Positions 35,301 to 44,867 of a DNA stretch of 64,000 nt are shown one piece after another. The stretch is taken from sequence record PV112478.1; one strand, written 5' to 3'. Within the stretch, counting starts at the first letter, position 1, and each line of letters opens with the position of its first letter. A program made the translations under genes and the position numbers. The notes under the pieces were generated by a model. It was not told the DNA's origin. It saw nothing but the letters and a program-made list of their open reading frames with translations, and did no database searches.

Positions 35301-38300
35301 TTTCCGATATTGACGGTGACGTCGGGGTGATTGACCCTCGCACCAGAACCATGACACCTGTACTTTCTGCTGAGGATGCTGCTAAAGGATTGGTTGATAA
35401 GAATGACCGTAGCGTTCGTACTGGACTGGCTAAACTTACGGGGATGATCGGCAACGGTCTCCGCGGGGTGGGCGGTTTACTTACAACCCCGTTTAAGATT
35501 TTAAATGGACTGAAAAACGGTGCGATTAATTTAGCTTCTAACGGTTTGAGTGTAGTAGGCGGTGTTTTAAATAGGGGCTTGAATACAGGGATAGGATTCT
35601 CTGGCGGGTCGACACCGTGGCTAAAACGTATCTATCGACTCTTAGTTAATCAGTTCACCGGGAAAGATCCACTTGACGGCCTCGATACCGAAACAGGTAG
35701 TGTTTCGGGTATCAAGAATCGCTTAACGGGTGGGTTCGAGAAACTCAAGAATCGTACCGGAAGTTGGTGGCAGCGTCTTCAGAAAAAGAAACCGGAAGAG
35801 ACCAAACCTGAACACGCTGAGAAAGCGGCGAAGGAAGGGGGTGGTTGGGGTAAACTGATCTGGGCCGCTATCACGGGAGTTGGTGCCATTGTCGGGAAAA
35901 TTGCAACCGGATTCGGGAATTTCTGGAAATGGATCAAAGAACTTCCTCGCTGGATAAGCGGTGCGAAAGCGTTAGATGCTGCTGGGGATTTGGCAGGGGA
36001 TGTAGCAGGCTCAGGAGGTAGGAGAGGCGGTCTGCTACGTAGAACCGGTAACGTACTGAAGAAAGTCGGGAAAGGGGCGCTAGGGGTTGCGGGCTTCTTA
36101 GGAAGAGGGTTATTTAGCGGAGTCGGAATGTTAGCAAGGGGCGCCGCGGTAGCGGCAGGGTCATTGCTATCTGCGCCTGTTCTGGTCACAGCGGCGGTAG
36201 CTGCGGGTGTAGGTTATCTGATTTATAAAGGATACCAAGCCTACAAGAACAGAATGACCTCGCTGAGAAACTACCGTGCAGCACAGTACGGCGTCAACCC
36301 GAAAGACAGTGACCGGGCGGGTAAAGTACTTGCATTAGAAGAAGCGGTTCTGAAAAACAGTCAGATCTCAGGGCAAGGGAAACTCAAGATTGGTTCGTTA
36401 CCTTTCCAAGAGTTACTGAGTGCCTTTGATGTTGAGATCACTGACCAGCGTAGTGTACAGCGTTGGACACGGTGGTATCAGATGCGTTTCGTTCCGGTCT
36501 TTACCCGTAACGTTGAAACACTTTATCGGATGGACCCTAAAGCTAAAATCACCGAGAGTGAATTCCTGAAACCGAGTCAACGAGGGGACTTCGCTAAAGC
36601 CACCTTCATTGCATCCGGTGGAAAAGAATCTCCTTATCTGGTCTCTGACTCGCCATTCCCTAATATGTCTTCAGTAACAGGTGATCGGTTTGTTGCCGGT
36701 TTCCGTGACCAGGTCATCGCTGAGTTTGCGGAAGCAGAGAAAAAGGCGATCGCCTCGGGCGAGAAGAAACTGGTCACTACTTCAGACGTGAAGCAACCGA
36801 AGGGAATCGAGTTACTGAACAAAAAGGCACAGGAAGCACAAGCCAATAATGCTAACCGGACAGTAAATCCAACAACCGATCTCTACTATTCACCGGGCGA
36901 TACCCGGAAAGGGCTAACTTCCCTGACCGGCGATAAGCGCAAGGATGAATTGATCGAGATGGGGAACCGCATTGATGACCTGACCTCGATACGTGTTAAA
37001 CTTTACGGTTTACGCGAGCTGTTGAAAGGGGACGTTAATGCCTTACTCGCATTAGAGACTGAGGCGTTGAAATTCATTCGATACGGTGATAAAGGAGTAG
37101 CCCTCTGGACAGGGAACAGCGAACAGTTCTTCGCTAACTGGAACGGTCAATTCGGTATTAACAGTAATAACGCCAATGAAAAGGCACAGTGGCTATTCTG
37201 GTTCACGAAACGTTTCCTACCTGTCTTCTTGAACTTCTGTTCTGAAAGCAATTTCATCGCGCCTAATAGTTCGCCGATGGTCGCATGGAAGAAACTGAAT
37301 GCGAGCGATCTCCTGAAGATTGCAAACTTCATGAACAGCGCGACGACCGAGGTCAATGGCGGGAAAGTCTCAGTCTGGACCATTAAAGCATCACCGTGGC
37401 CTAACCGCTTCTCAAACACGGACAGTAGTGTTATTCAGTCTAACCTGGATGCATTACGTCTCGAAGGGAAAAAGGAAGTTTACCAAGAGAAAGTGAAGAC
37501 AGAAGCGGAAATCGCCAAGATGACCTTTGATGGTAAAGCGCTTCGTAACTCGTCACTGGGTAACAAGATTGCTGACCTTTATAGCGATAACCGTGCGTTA
37601 ACCGCCGATACGCGAGGACGCGCTACTGGCGCTAACGGTGTCGGTGTTTACGGTCAACGTGTGGGTTCAATGGGAACCTCCTTTGAACGTTCGGAAGCGG
37701 GTAGCAGTTTCACGGATACCAACTTACTGCATTCCGGTGAAGGTACCGGCGGGTCGATTAATGATATCCCTGATCCGAAAGGAGACGGTTGGGATAACGT
37801 GAAAGATTCGATTGCAGCAGTGGCTAAGATGGTCGGCGTTGATGCCGGTTCATTGGCGGCAATGGTGGCGCAGGAATCTCGCTTTGAGATTCGGGCGAAG
37901 AACGGTAACTCTTCGGCAGCAGGACTCGGTCAGTTCCTTGATGGAACCTGGAAAGAGATTCTCCCTACTCTTGTTAAGAAATACGGTGTGAACCCGAATA
38001 CGTCTCAGTATGACCCACGTGCGTCGTTATTGGCCACGGCGGAATACATGAAACAGAACGCGAAGATCATCGGTGACATTGGTAGACCATTGACGACCAC
38101 TGATATCTATATGGCGCACTTCTTAGGGCCAGGGGGTGCAAGGAACGTACTGCGTGTACCGACCAACACACCGATTCAATCGGCGATGGGTGATAGGTAT
38201 GCTGCAGTCGCGAGAGCGAACCCTGAGATCTTTAAGAACGTCAGGACGACGGGCGACCTTGTGGCGAGTCTTGGTGGTTATCTCTCCAGAAACGGTGGGC

Positions 38301-38908
38301 AATACGCGCAGCTGGCGAACGGGATGACAGGGAAGGCTGGACCAGCCGTTCCGGGTGGGGGAAGTGATGCGGTCAGTACCAGCGCCCCGAAAGAGACAGA
38401 GACAACTCCGCCTGTTGCACCATCGACGGGATCAAACACTATCGTCAGCAATCCGGCGAAAGGTGAGATGCCTGTCGGTAGTACGACAAGTACGTCTGTC
38501 ACGACAAGGGGGACCGATACGGTCACACCGGCAACGACCCGAACCACGGATAGCCGTGACGCTAAAGCATTGGCTCAGCAGGCAGTACAGCGCGAGAACA
38601 CTGCGGAAGCTAATCGCATTGCTGTGGCAGCTTCCAGAAAACAATCAGCTGAAACGGCGAGTACGACAAGTACATGGGCCGACACGTTGAATGAACAGCT
38701 TGAGACGCAGAAATCTATGGACAGTACGTTGAAGTTGATCAAAGGTCTTCTGGAGAAAGGGGCGCCGGTAACCGGTGGGGAAAATAATTCTTCCCCTAAG
38801 ACCAATCCTAACAGCAGCGAATTAAGAGGGAAAGATATCAGTACGGGGAGTCGAGGGAAACAACCTTTTGAACCGTTCGATACGAGTATCTCGCAGAACT
38901 TTCGTTAA
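32324..38908 (+). CDS. Tape-measure-like virion protein with a C-terminal lytic transglycosylase (phiKZ gp181-like)
   Basis: 2194 aa with G/A-rich helical segments; SLT motifs AQESRF, AAGLGQF and YMAHFLGPGGA; synteny. Confidence 0.9.
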   Translation: MAKREKIDLDRFDDFDLEDNWGMDKEPQGAKDGSGKREAVKKAGKTVLREMGKTTFTSQMAKTILKEAMPRSFTTTLDNVDKGLIDVRSLYADVRKDAAPMLREMKALGRTVNRLVPTPYQKKIDAFLTRNNGTDKSGSQLAALNIEDAAVLQSLAQVFNQDDDKPKQMSPEELTEKLTDQQYKIKLGTAIASIQNLLAKQTAYQFGAQRAFQKKSMELQIRQLMVSRAHLDVAQKSAVETSNLLRSVVENTALPDVVKQHRSEEFLRMGREKIFGRIQQSMYDWTSNYRNQFKDRAKQAINDRMQKLTMGFSMANDSLEQLEAQRELLASMGVTPEEFLAGAAGNWGALQIGKRIGKRINKSAPSLRRLDGTFQGVNYLFNNKERLASDWGNSGYRYGKWYNPIENFVKDTLRGGYRDEGVVRAGGLGNGEKISTVDERKLSYMEEMSGYLSRILHSIDVLRTGDNNTQRMVFNRQKGIFTSFNESVASTRQALIKDTDINSQRENINRLIENIDNNNRLSPDAKGKISDHLMARARTSKAFNPAALANEKISGLSRDDQRLWQGLMAKRYGLKLNEKSEWSLNPFSSSNVNLNIDAGQYNYASNQTQGIFNRAHALAQTGNLEELISEGAVVFKNGNWEVNPDYYGSRVSGKPSPGNNDSTNPNDMGPHRPRNPPPGTPPITELRRFGQDWTNPNSVNFNLNGNQQNSFGTALAEQTDRILESMKHSQLFWDEQMARIEAQLTALEGCCLNGGGGGGQGGDTGDQGGRRRFSRNWAKRGLRAGIGGIRRGVKGMWDLGGLPLKAAGEIFKRVRRPAFNAAMTIGTFGLNKVLGFGMQAFEKVQDGYIATAQGLKKVIEKEGLAAGRYVDQATGKVIKKLSDVRGAVWDVVNNTQVLTDDEARRGLFNAAGNRIKTSFNKVLGAVGSLLNGRFTPYHLLKGAAGGLGKGLFSLFGRLPDIYVLGEMKPRLYASKLANGEYFSMRTGKVIKKLSDIDGDVGVIDPRTRTMTPVLSAEDAAKGLVDKNDRSVRTGLAKLTGMIGNGLRGVGGLLTTPFKILNGLKNGAINLASNGLSVVGGVLNRGLNTGIGFSGGSTPWLKRIYRLLVNQFTGKDPLDGLDTETGSVSGIKNRLTGGFEKLKNRTGSWWQRLQKKKPEETKPEHAEKAAKEGGGWGKLIWAAITGVGAIVGKIATGFGNFWKWIKELPRWISGAKALDAAGDLAGDVAGSGGRRGGLLRRTGNVLKKVGKGALGVAGFLGRGLFSGVGMLARGAAVAAGSLLSAPVLVTAAVAAGVGYLIYKGYQAYKNRMTSLRNYRAAQYGVNPKDSDRAGKVLALEEAVLKNSQISGQGKLKIGSLPFQELLSAFDVEITDQRSVQRWTRWYQMRFVPVFTRNVETLYRMDPKAKITESEFLKPSQRGDFAKATFIASGGKESPYLVSDSPFPNMSSVTGDRFVAGFRDQVIAEFAEAEKKAIASGEKKLVTTSDVKQPKGIELLNKKAQEAQANNANRTVNPTTDLYYSPGDTRKGLTSLTGDKRKDELIEMGNRIDDLTSIRVKLYGLRELLKGDVNALLALETEALKFIRYGDKGVALWTGNSEQFFANWNGQFGINSNNANEKAQWLFWFTKRFLPVFLNFCSESNFIAPNSSPMVAWKKLNASDLLKIANFMNSATTEVNGGKVSVWTIKASPWPNRFSNTDSSVIQSNLDALRLEGKKEVYQEKVKTEAEIAKMTFDGKALRNSSLGNKIADLYSDNRALTADTRGRATGANGVGVYGQRVGSMGTSFERSEAGSSFTDTNLLHSGEGTGGSINDIPDPKGDGWDNVKDSIAAVAKMVGVDAGSLAAMVAQESRFEIRAKNGNSSAAGLGQFLDGTWKEILPTLVKKYGVNPNTSQYDPRASLLATAEYMKQNAKIIGDIGRPLTTTDIYMAHFLGPGGARNVLRVPTNTPIQSAMGDRYAAVARANPEIFKNVRTTGDLVASLGGYLSRNGGQYAQLANGMTGKAGPAVPGGGSDAVSTSAPKETETTPPVAPSTGSNTIVSNPAKGEMPVGSTTSTSVTTRGTDTVTPATTRTTDSRDAKALAQQAVQRENTAEANRIAVAASRKQSAETASTTSTWADTLNEQLETQKSMDSTLKLIKGLLEKGAPVTGGENNSSPKTNPNSSELRGKDISTGSRGKQPFEPFDTSISQNFR

Positions 38909-38915
38909 CTAAATT

Positions 38916-38933
38916 GGGGAGAGAAATCTCCCC
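38916..38933 (+). terminator. Hairpin with GAAA loop
   Basis: GGGGAGA-GAAA-TCTCCCC followed by TTATTTTT. Confidence 0.65.
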
Positions 38934-38953
38934 TTATTTTTAAAGGAACAGAA

Positions 38954-41098
38954 ATGGCGACATTAGATACAGTAACTGACGATAGCTGGACGCGTCAGGC
39001 ATTCTTACTTCCTGCCGATGCGGTTGATGATGACGACATTTATTACCGTAACCACTCCAGCGCCTATTTTAAATACACCGATACTACGTTGGGCGGAAAC
39101 TGGGCATTGAATGCACCACCCCAACCCTGTCTCTTTTCAGACCCTGTCTTAGACCGTTATGTTGAAATCGGCGAGGGCCAAGGTGCGTGGTATTCTGAAA
39201 ACATTGATGACAACTCAGTTTTACTCCACATGCGATTTGGTGTACCGAACTATAACAGTCTGGCGAGTTTCTTCGGTAACTTCTACAGCTCCGACGATGC
39301 GCGTTTGGTTCGTACTGGACGGGCATCCGGTGTAGGGAATTTAATTGGCCGGGCGATCGGCTGGGCGTTCTCTGTTCGACTTGTTCCGTTTATCATGACG
39401 TTCACCGCCATCAAATGGTTTACCGGAACGGTCAGTACGAAATTCTATTACCTTAAACCGACGATGGGGCTGTACTGGAAATATGTCAACGATTTTGCCA
39501 ACAACATTGCCTCCAACCTTGATCTCGCAGCAAAGCCTACTACGGATTCATGGCTTAAACTTACAGAAGGTGCGAATTTAAACGGTACCACACCGATGTC
39601 GGAATCTGGTGACCCTGGTGTGGAGTCTATCGAACAAGCAACAAAAACAGCGTTTGAGATTGGCGCCAGAGAGAAGTCGGTTTATGACCAGATGGTACCG
39701 GAACTTTTCCGTGCTGACGGTTTAACCGGTATCGATATCTACGCGACAGCGACACGGGCGCAGGCATACGCTAACGCGTGGCATGAGGCAATTAATGAAA
39801 TTGCCGCACAAAACCAGAGTAACGGTAATGGCGTGATGTCAAGTATCTACGCGTGGATGACTGGCGGAGGTGCAACGGCATCACTGAACAAGGCCAAAAA
39901 GAAAACTTACGCGACCACTGAAGAGTTCCTTAACGCTTATCTGAAAGACCCAGACGGACGTCTCACTGAATCACCTGCTACGGCGGGGAATGAAGCCAGC
40001 AATGCCGAGGTTAACACCGCTCAGCAATCCACGGCGACAACGACCGATGCCAACGGTAATGCGATTAGTCCCGTGGCTGATAACGGAACTAATGAAGCGC
40101 AGAAAGGTGTTATTGAACAAGCGTACGAAAGCGTCAAAGACTATTTCACTGATGAGGTCATTGGTCGTGCTTATGCGACCTTTAAAGCGGCGCAGCGCGA
40201 TGGTTCTCAATGGCTAACCCTTCGAATCGATGGACGTGAGTCGGCCAGTGAATCTTTCTCAAACAGTGTACGCGAGTCCGATCTCCAGTCGACGATCAAC
40301 AGCACTTCTTCCAGAGCGGCCAGTATGCGTTTCAGTATGGCAGAAGGGAATTTCCTTGGTATTCCAGGGATGCAAGAGATCGTTAACACAGTGAAAGACA
40401 TAGCGGGCGGGATTATGGATTCTCTTCATATCTCAGGTGTTGGCGCTATTGCAGGGAACGCCTTTGTCGATATTCCTAAACATTACGACAGTTCTTCTGC
40501 GAGTTTTAACCAGATGTCGCTAACAATTCCGTTACGAGCATGGGCGGGAGATAACTTCAATCGCTTCCAGTGCGAAATCCTTCCGTTGATCACAATGTTA
40601 GTGGGGGCGTTACCAAGGGCAACGGGGACTGGTTCGTATACAGCACCTTTCATCGGTGAGTTTTATTGCCAGGGTCGTTGTTCGATTCCTTTGGGGATGA
40701 TCACGGCCATCGATATTACTCGTGCAACCTCGAATATGCCTTGGACGAAAAACGGGGAATACCTCGGGATTGATGTCAGGTTAACGATCACTGACCTTTC
40801 GTCAGTGGCGGCCATGAACCTTAACGAGGCATTTGGTCTACGTAACTTTGACCCAACGACATGGAACCGGCTGCTGTTCCCGCAAGATTCGTCGTTTGAA
40901 ATGTACACTAACGTATTATCCAGTCTGGGTCTCCATGACCAGATTTACATGTTACCGCGCTTCAAGCGTAACTGGAACAGGGTAGTGAACAGTTTCGATA
41001 GATTCTTCTCGTACTCTAACCTGGCCAATACCATCTTCAGCGGTAATATGGGCGGGCAAATACTTTCTGCGCTCAGTAAAACTGACCGTGGCTTGTAA
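38954..41098 (+). CDS. Baseplate/tail structural protein (phiKZ gp182-like)
   Basis: 714 aa directly after the tape measure; C-terminal YTAPF..E.YCQGR..IPLGMI..I.ITR tube/hub-like motif. Confidence 0.7.
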   Translation: MATLDTVTDDSWTRQAFLLPADAVDDDDIYYRNHSSAYFKYTDTTLGGNWALNAPPQPCLFSDPVLDRYVEIGEGQGAWYSENIDDNSVLLHMRFGVPNYNSLASFFGNFYSSDDARLVRTGRASGVGNLIGRAIGWAFSVRLVPFIMTFTAIKWFTGTVSTKFYYLKPTMGLYWKYVNDFANNIASNLDLAAKPTTDSWLKLTEGANLNGTTPMSESGDPGVESIEQATKTAFEIGAREKSVYDQMVPELFRADGLTGIDIYATATRAQAYANAWHEAINEIAAQNQSNGNGVMSSIYAWMTGGGATASLNKAKKKTYATTEEFLNAYLKDPDGRLTESPATAGNEASNAEVNTAQQSTATTTDANGNAISPVADNGTNEAQKGVIEQAYESVKDYFTDEVIGRAYATFKAAQRDGSQWLTLRIDGRESASESFSNSVRESDLQSTINSTSSRAASMRFSMAEGNFLGIPGMQEIVNTVKDIAGGIMDSLHISGVGAIAGNAFVDIPKHYDSSSASFNQMSLTIPLRAWAGDNFNRFQCEILPLITMLVGALPRATGTGSYTAPFIGEFYCQGRCSIPLGMITAIDITRATSNMPWTKNGEYLGIDVRLTITDLSSVAAMNLNEAFGLRNFDPTTWNRLLFPQDSSFEMYTNVLSSLGLHDQIYMLPRFKRNWNRVVNSFDRFFSYSNLANTIFSGNMGGQILSALSKTDRGL

Positions 41099-41106
41099 AA
41101 GTAAAC

Positions 41107-41142
41107 AAAAAAAAGAGAGGGTGAAAACCCTCTCTTTTTTTT
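41107..41142. terminator. Bidirectional terminator
   Basis: A8-GAGAGGGT-GAAA-ACCCTCTC-T8 between convergent genes. Confidence 0.9.
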
Positions 41143-41944
41143 ATACTGTTTCTAATTTTAACGTACTCACGGTACGTTTTGCTACCCGCGGAGCGAGTCG
41201 TTGACAACTCTCGTCTATTGGATTAAACCAGTCCTCTTTCGGCCAACCTTTCTTCACTCGATAAAGTAACGTAGTATAAGGGATTGCCTTTTCTCTGGCG
41301 AGTTCTGCAACAGAGACGTGCTGACCTTCCCACTCAACGTTGATAGTTGCTATTCTCCCTGGTTGCGTTGTGTACCGCGTATAGTCAGCGCGTCTTTCAG
41401 CGGGTGCCCAGTAACAACTCATTGCATTGAGGGGCTCATCTGTTTTTTCAATCCACAAGAAATCAGTTTCTTCTCTAGGATAACCTATTTCATCAAACGC
41501 CTTTCTGTACGAAGTCCAATGAACTGGAAGAGTCAACGATTTCCCGCTGCGGTTCTTTATCCTTGAGAAACTTGCTCTCAATTTTGCGCGGGTCTTCGGG
41601 TGTATAATTTCTGGTCGACTCTTTTTAGCTCGGCGTTCCAATACGGTAAGAACACTATCTCCTCGGAATAAAGAAGATTGTGTTTTCCTGTAATCTAACC
41701 GGTACCGTTCAACGATCTCACTTAACGTAAGGACTTCACTCAATACAGGATAAAGTCTTTTCTTGTACCCCACTAAATTTACGAAGAGGGGTCCGACATC
41801 CTTCATACCGGGAGTTTTTACCAACGCTCTCTTTATTCTCTGGTAAACCGTGATTCTTTTCATACCCGTAATCTCCACGATTTCCGGGACAGTGCGTTTA
41901 ACGCCGTTGTAAAGATATACGGGCTGGTTTTTAACAGTAGGCAT
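41141..41944 (-). CDS. Degenerate HNH homing-endonuclease-like DNA-binding protein
   Basis: HWTSYRKAFDEIG..SCYWA.. followed by the GQHVSVAELAREKAIPYTTLLYRVKKGW module; related modules at the N-terminus; nuclease residues appear replaced. Confidence 0.6.
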   Translation of the reverse strand: MPTVKNQPVYLYNGVKRTVPEIVEITGMKRITVYQRIKRALVKTPGMKDVGPLFVNLVGYKKRLYPVLSEVLTLSEIVERYRLDYRKTQSSLFRGDSVLTVLERRAKKSRPEIIHPKTRAKLRASFSRIKNRSGKSLTLPVHWTSYRKAFDEIGYPREETDFLWIEKTDEPLNAMSCYWAPAERRADYTRYTTQPGRIATINVEWEGQHVSVAELAREKAIPYTTLLYRVKKGWPKEDWFNPIDESCQRLAPRVAKRTVSTLKLETV

Positions 41945-42002
41945 CTCATCATCCTTATCGAAAAGATATTTTCTACATCAATAAACGGTGCTGTGTAAAT
42001 AG

Positions 42003-42032
42003 AGTAGAGAGGGCAATTAAGCCCTCTCTACT
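42003..42032. terminator. Intrinsic terminator-like hairpin
   Basis: AGTAGAGAGGGC-AATTAA-GCCCTCTCTACT. Confidence 0.8.
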
Positions 42033-42035
42033 GTT

Positions 42036-43103
42036 TTATGCAAGTGCGATAAACGTATATTGTTGTTTTGCTAATCCAACCACAGTGTTCTCTGTAAAGT
42101 GCTGAACCACTGCAATCTGGTAAGCGTATTCCGGTAATGTATTCAGTACCGTTTTCGCATTGGTGGAAATATTCCGGAAGACACTCAGACGATGTCCTGT
42201 GGGAGTGAACTGCGAAGCATTCCAGCGTGGGTCAATGGAGGATAAGACCGAGACTAACTCTGTCGCGTAAGTACTGTACTGGTTCGCGTCAATGACTTTA
42301 CCAAAACGATAGTTCTGGAGAATCTGTTGTACGGCATCAGGGGCTTTCTGTAAGATGTAGACACCGCCTAAACTTTCTACCATCGCCTTGACCATTGACA
42401 GGTTCCCAGAAGCCAACACCGTCGGTAGACTGTCACCCATTGCCGCGGTCAGTGTCGGATTAGAGGAATCGCTACTGTAGACAGCGGAGACAACGTTAGA
42501 GAGTCCGAGAAATGAAGCCTGCTGGAGAATAGAAGATTTCAGTGCCGTCATCGACAGTTTGTCTTCCAAATTCTGAAAGGTCATATCCGCATTGGCCAAT
42601 AAGGTATTAACACTACTGATCAGATTATTCGCGTTCAGGATATCCCCGGCAGAGGTCAACTGGGTAACCGCGCCATTGACATCGCTAAAGGTACTATCGA
42701 CGGTGCTGTTAATTTCCTGAAGCGTACTGGTAGCACCATTGATAACCTCATCAGAGATCCCTTTGACGGTACTGATACTTTGACCAATCTCGTTACTCAG
42801 CTGACTGGTATATTCGCTGATGTCTTTCTTTACTGCGCTGGCTTGAGTGAGCAGGTCATTCAACGACCCTAAATCACTGATAGTGGTGTTTAAAAGATAA
42901 TTCTTTGTTTCAGCGAGTTTCCCTAAAACCATATTCTTCATGTTACTCAATACGGTTTTCGTTTCCTTTCCGTAACCATCTACGGCCACCATCGAATCCT
43001 TAACACCCGTTGCCACTAATGAGCTTTGGGTTTGCGCGGCAGCCTTAGCAGTTTGCGCTGAGTTACTTAAGGTCTTAACGTAATTACTGACGCCTAACGC
43101 CAT
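42036..43103 (-). CDS. Probable virion structural protein (S/T/N-rich helical)
   Basis: 355 aa, low-complexity coiled N-terminal half, RBS AGGAGG. Confidence 0.7.
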   Translation of the reverse strand: MALGVSNYVKTLSNSAQTAKAAAQTQSSLVATGVKDSMVAVDGYGKETKTVLSNMKNMVLGKLAETKNYLLNTTISDLGSLNDLLTQASAVKKDISEYTSQLSNEIGQSISTVKGISDEVINGATSTLQEINSTVDSTFSDVNGAVTQLTSAGDILNANNLISSVNTLLANADMTFQNLEDKLSMTALKSSILQQASFLGLSNVVSAVYSSDSSNPTLTAAMGDSLPTVLASGNLSMVKAMVESLGGVYILQKAPDAVQQILQNYRFGKVIDANQYSTYATELVSVLSSIDPRWNASQFTPTGHRLSVFRNISTNAKTVLNTLPEYAYQIAVVQHFTENTVVGLAKQQYTFIALA

Positions 43104-43387
43104 ATGTCCTCCTTACTAAAAATAAAGCGAATCTTCTCCCAAAGGGTTTTTGGTGTCCTGTTACGGTATCGGGTTAAACCGTGGCTGTAGAAATGACTGG
43201 CGGCAATGGCGACGAATTCTATCTTTTCTTCTTTGGTGAAAATGGTGCTAAAAATACGGTTATTCAACTGCTCTAGAAAATACACTGCATCCGCTTCCGA
43301 GTGACGGTCTTCCTTGAAAAAATTTTCAATGTCCTCTTCGATCGTTTTAAGTAAATTTTTTACAGCGGTAGAATTTGTTCCGGACAT
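43094..43387 (-). CDS. Hypothetical protein
   Basis: Likely start MSGTNS at 43387; the ORF-track ATG at 43426 is part of the hairpin-adjacent TATG. Confidence 0.65.
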   Translation of the reverse strand: MSGTNSTAVKNLLKTIEEDIENFFKEDRHSEADAVYFLEQLNNRIFSTIFTKEEKIEFVAIAASHFYSHGLTRYRNRTPKTLWEKIRFIFSKEDIWR

Positions 43388-43426
43388 AGCGGGAGCGCTC
43401 CAAAAAATAAAAGAGTGAAGGTGCAT

Positions 43427-43460
43427 AAAGAAGAGTGGGGTAAAGACCCCACTCTTCTTT
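43427..43460. terminator. Intrinsic terminator-like hairpin
   Basis: AAAGAAGAGTGGGGT-AAAG-ACCCCACTCTTCTTT, 15-bp stem. Confidence 0.85.
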
Positions 43461-43469
43461 TATTCTCGA

Positions 43470-44225
43470 CTACTCATCCGGGTCATCAGCAACGTTCAAG
43501 AACCGGCCGTCCATTCTGACTTCATGGAATGTAACGACATCGTCCGGGAACGTCAGTTCTAACATCAGATAAACACGTAACGGGTCAATGACCTTTAACG
43601 CCTTCGTAAAGACCTTAATGGACATATCCGCATTCCGTATCCCACGGTTCAAGTTAGACCGTTCCGTACTCTGTCGGTTACGTTCAACAAAACCGTTTAA
43701 CGGGTCATTGACATAACGATTAACACGTTCCGCCCAATCAGCTTCGTCTTTGATGATTTGACGTTTAATGTCACTGAACAAACGATGGAGGACATTATAC
43801 CGTGTTGGGAATTTCTCGTTATGATATTCCGTGTATAGGTCTTCTTCGTCAATCTCGTCGATATGAGAAGTTCGTGTTCCGTCACGATGTTCGAGGAGAA
43901 GAATAAACTTCAGATTAATGGGGCGAATTACTCGCATCCCACGAATGAAGTTATGCAGCGTCATCTCTTGCTTTGCCAGCTCACGGTTAAGATTACTGCG
44001 TTCTGTCGATTTTCCACGGCTCGTCTGTACGACATTGTTCCGTGGATCTTTAACGTATTGCGATAACCGATTATTCCAAAATAACGACGAAATGTTCAGG
44101 TCATTTCTGACTTCTCTGAACATTAGCGATAACAGGTTCATGGGCCCGGTGTGTTCATTTACACGGTTACGTCGCAACTCTTCTGCCAAACGAAATCGGG
44201 CTGGGATTCCTCGGCTTTTGATCAT
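43470..44225 (-). CDS. Conserved jumbo-phage protein with a tandem duplicated domain
   Basis: Two copies of W..R...YV.DP.N..STERSNLNR..M....F.....VI.P; likely start MIKSRG at 44225. Confidence 0.8.
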   Translation of the reverse strand: MIKSRGIPARFRLAEELRRNRVNEHTGPMNLLSLMFREVRNDLNISSLFWNNRLSQYVKDPRNNVVQTSRGKSTERSNLNRELAKQEMTLHNFIRGMRVIRPINLKFILLLEHRDGTRTSHIDEIDEEDLYTEYHNEKFPTRYNVLHRLFSDIKRQIIKDEADWAERVNRYVNDPLNGFVERNRQSTERSNLNRGIRNADMSIKVFTKALKVIDPLRVYLMLELTFPDDVVTFHEVRMDGRFLNVADDPDE

Positions 44226-44238
44226 GGAGTAGACCTTT

Positions 44239-44754
44239 TTAACGTTGACTAAAATAACGTAGGTGTACCTCGGCGATAGACAACATATCACAGTGCACCG
44301 TATAGAGAGAAAGAAGCATCCCTTGATATTGATTTTTATTCATCCCTTTTTTCAGTTGGTCGAGCAAAAGCAAATGTTCGACAACGGAAGGGATTAACAC
44401 ATCAATAAACGCATAATAATCAGCGCGGCGTTTTTCGTGGTCAACTAACCACTCGTCGAGCTTATAACGCGTGAGTGCTTGTTTCAGATTGTAGTTCTCT
44501 ACAACGGCCTGATGCTCACTAAGGATTTCGTTTATTCGGTTAACGGTATCAGTGAACTCTTTCAATGGTCGGTAAAGATCTACATACTGCTCTCGGTAAG
44601 CTACGTCGTTAGGGACACTTTCACGGAGCTTGGCCATAGCGGTATAGAGGGTTTCAATGTTGTCACGAGTAACGGCATATTTCTCTCCTTTGTTGATTAA
44701 TTTAAGGGCGGCTTTAACAGGGTCTAATTTCTGGCGGCGGAAGAACGAAAGCAC
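44239..44754 (-). CDS. Hypothetical (probable virion) protein
   Basis: 171-aa helical ORF, RBS AGGAG. Confidence 0.75.
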   Translation of the reverse strand: MLSFFRRQKLDPVKAALKLINKGEKYAVTRDNIETLYTAMAKLRESVPNDVAYREQYVDLYRPLKEFTDTVNRINEILSEHQAVVENYNLKQALTRYKLDEWLVDHEKRRADYYAFIDVLIPSVVEHLLLLDQLKKGMNKNQYQGMLLSLYTVHCDMLSIAEVHLRYFSQR

Positions 44755-44846
44755 AACTCCTCCTGTTATTGATTATGAAATGATTTTACTTTACATAGAA
44801 GTGAAGTCAGCATCTTTTTAAACAGATTTAAACCTTTCTCAATAAG

Positions 44847-44854
44847 GTGATATA
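44847..44854 (-). promoter_or_regulatory. Early-promoter-like TATATCAC
   Basis: The - strand reads TTTTTCAAGACTATATCACC in the divergent intergenic gap. Confidence 0.5.
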
Positions 44855-44867
44855 GTCTTGAAAAATA

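Noticed and set aside
33000-38800. Many short antisense and alternate-frame ORFs within the tape-measure gene
   Set aside because: Expected from GC-rich, low-complexity codon usage; no independent signals.
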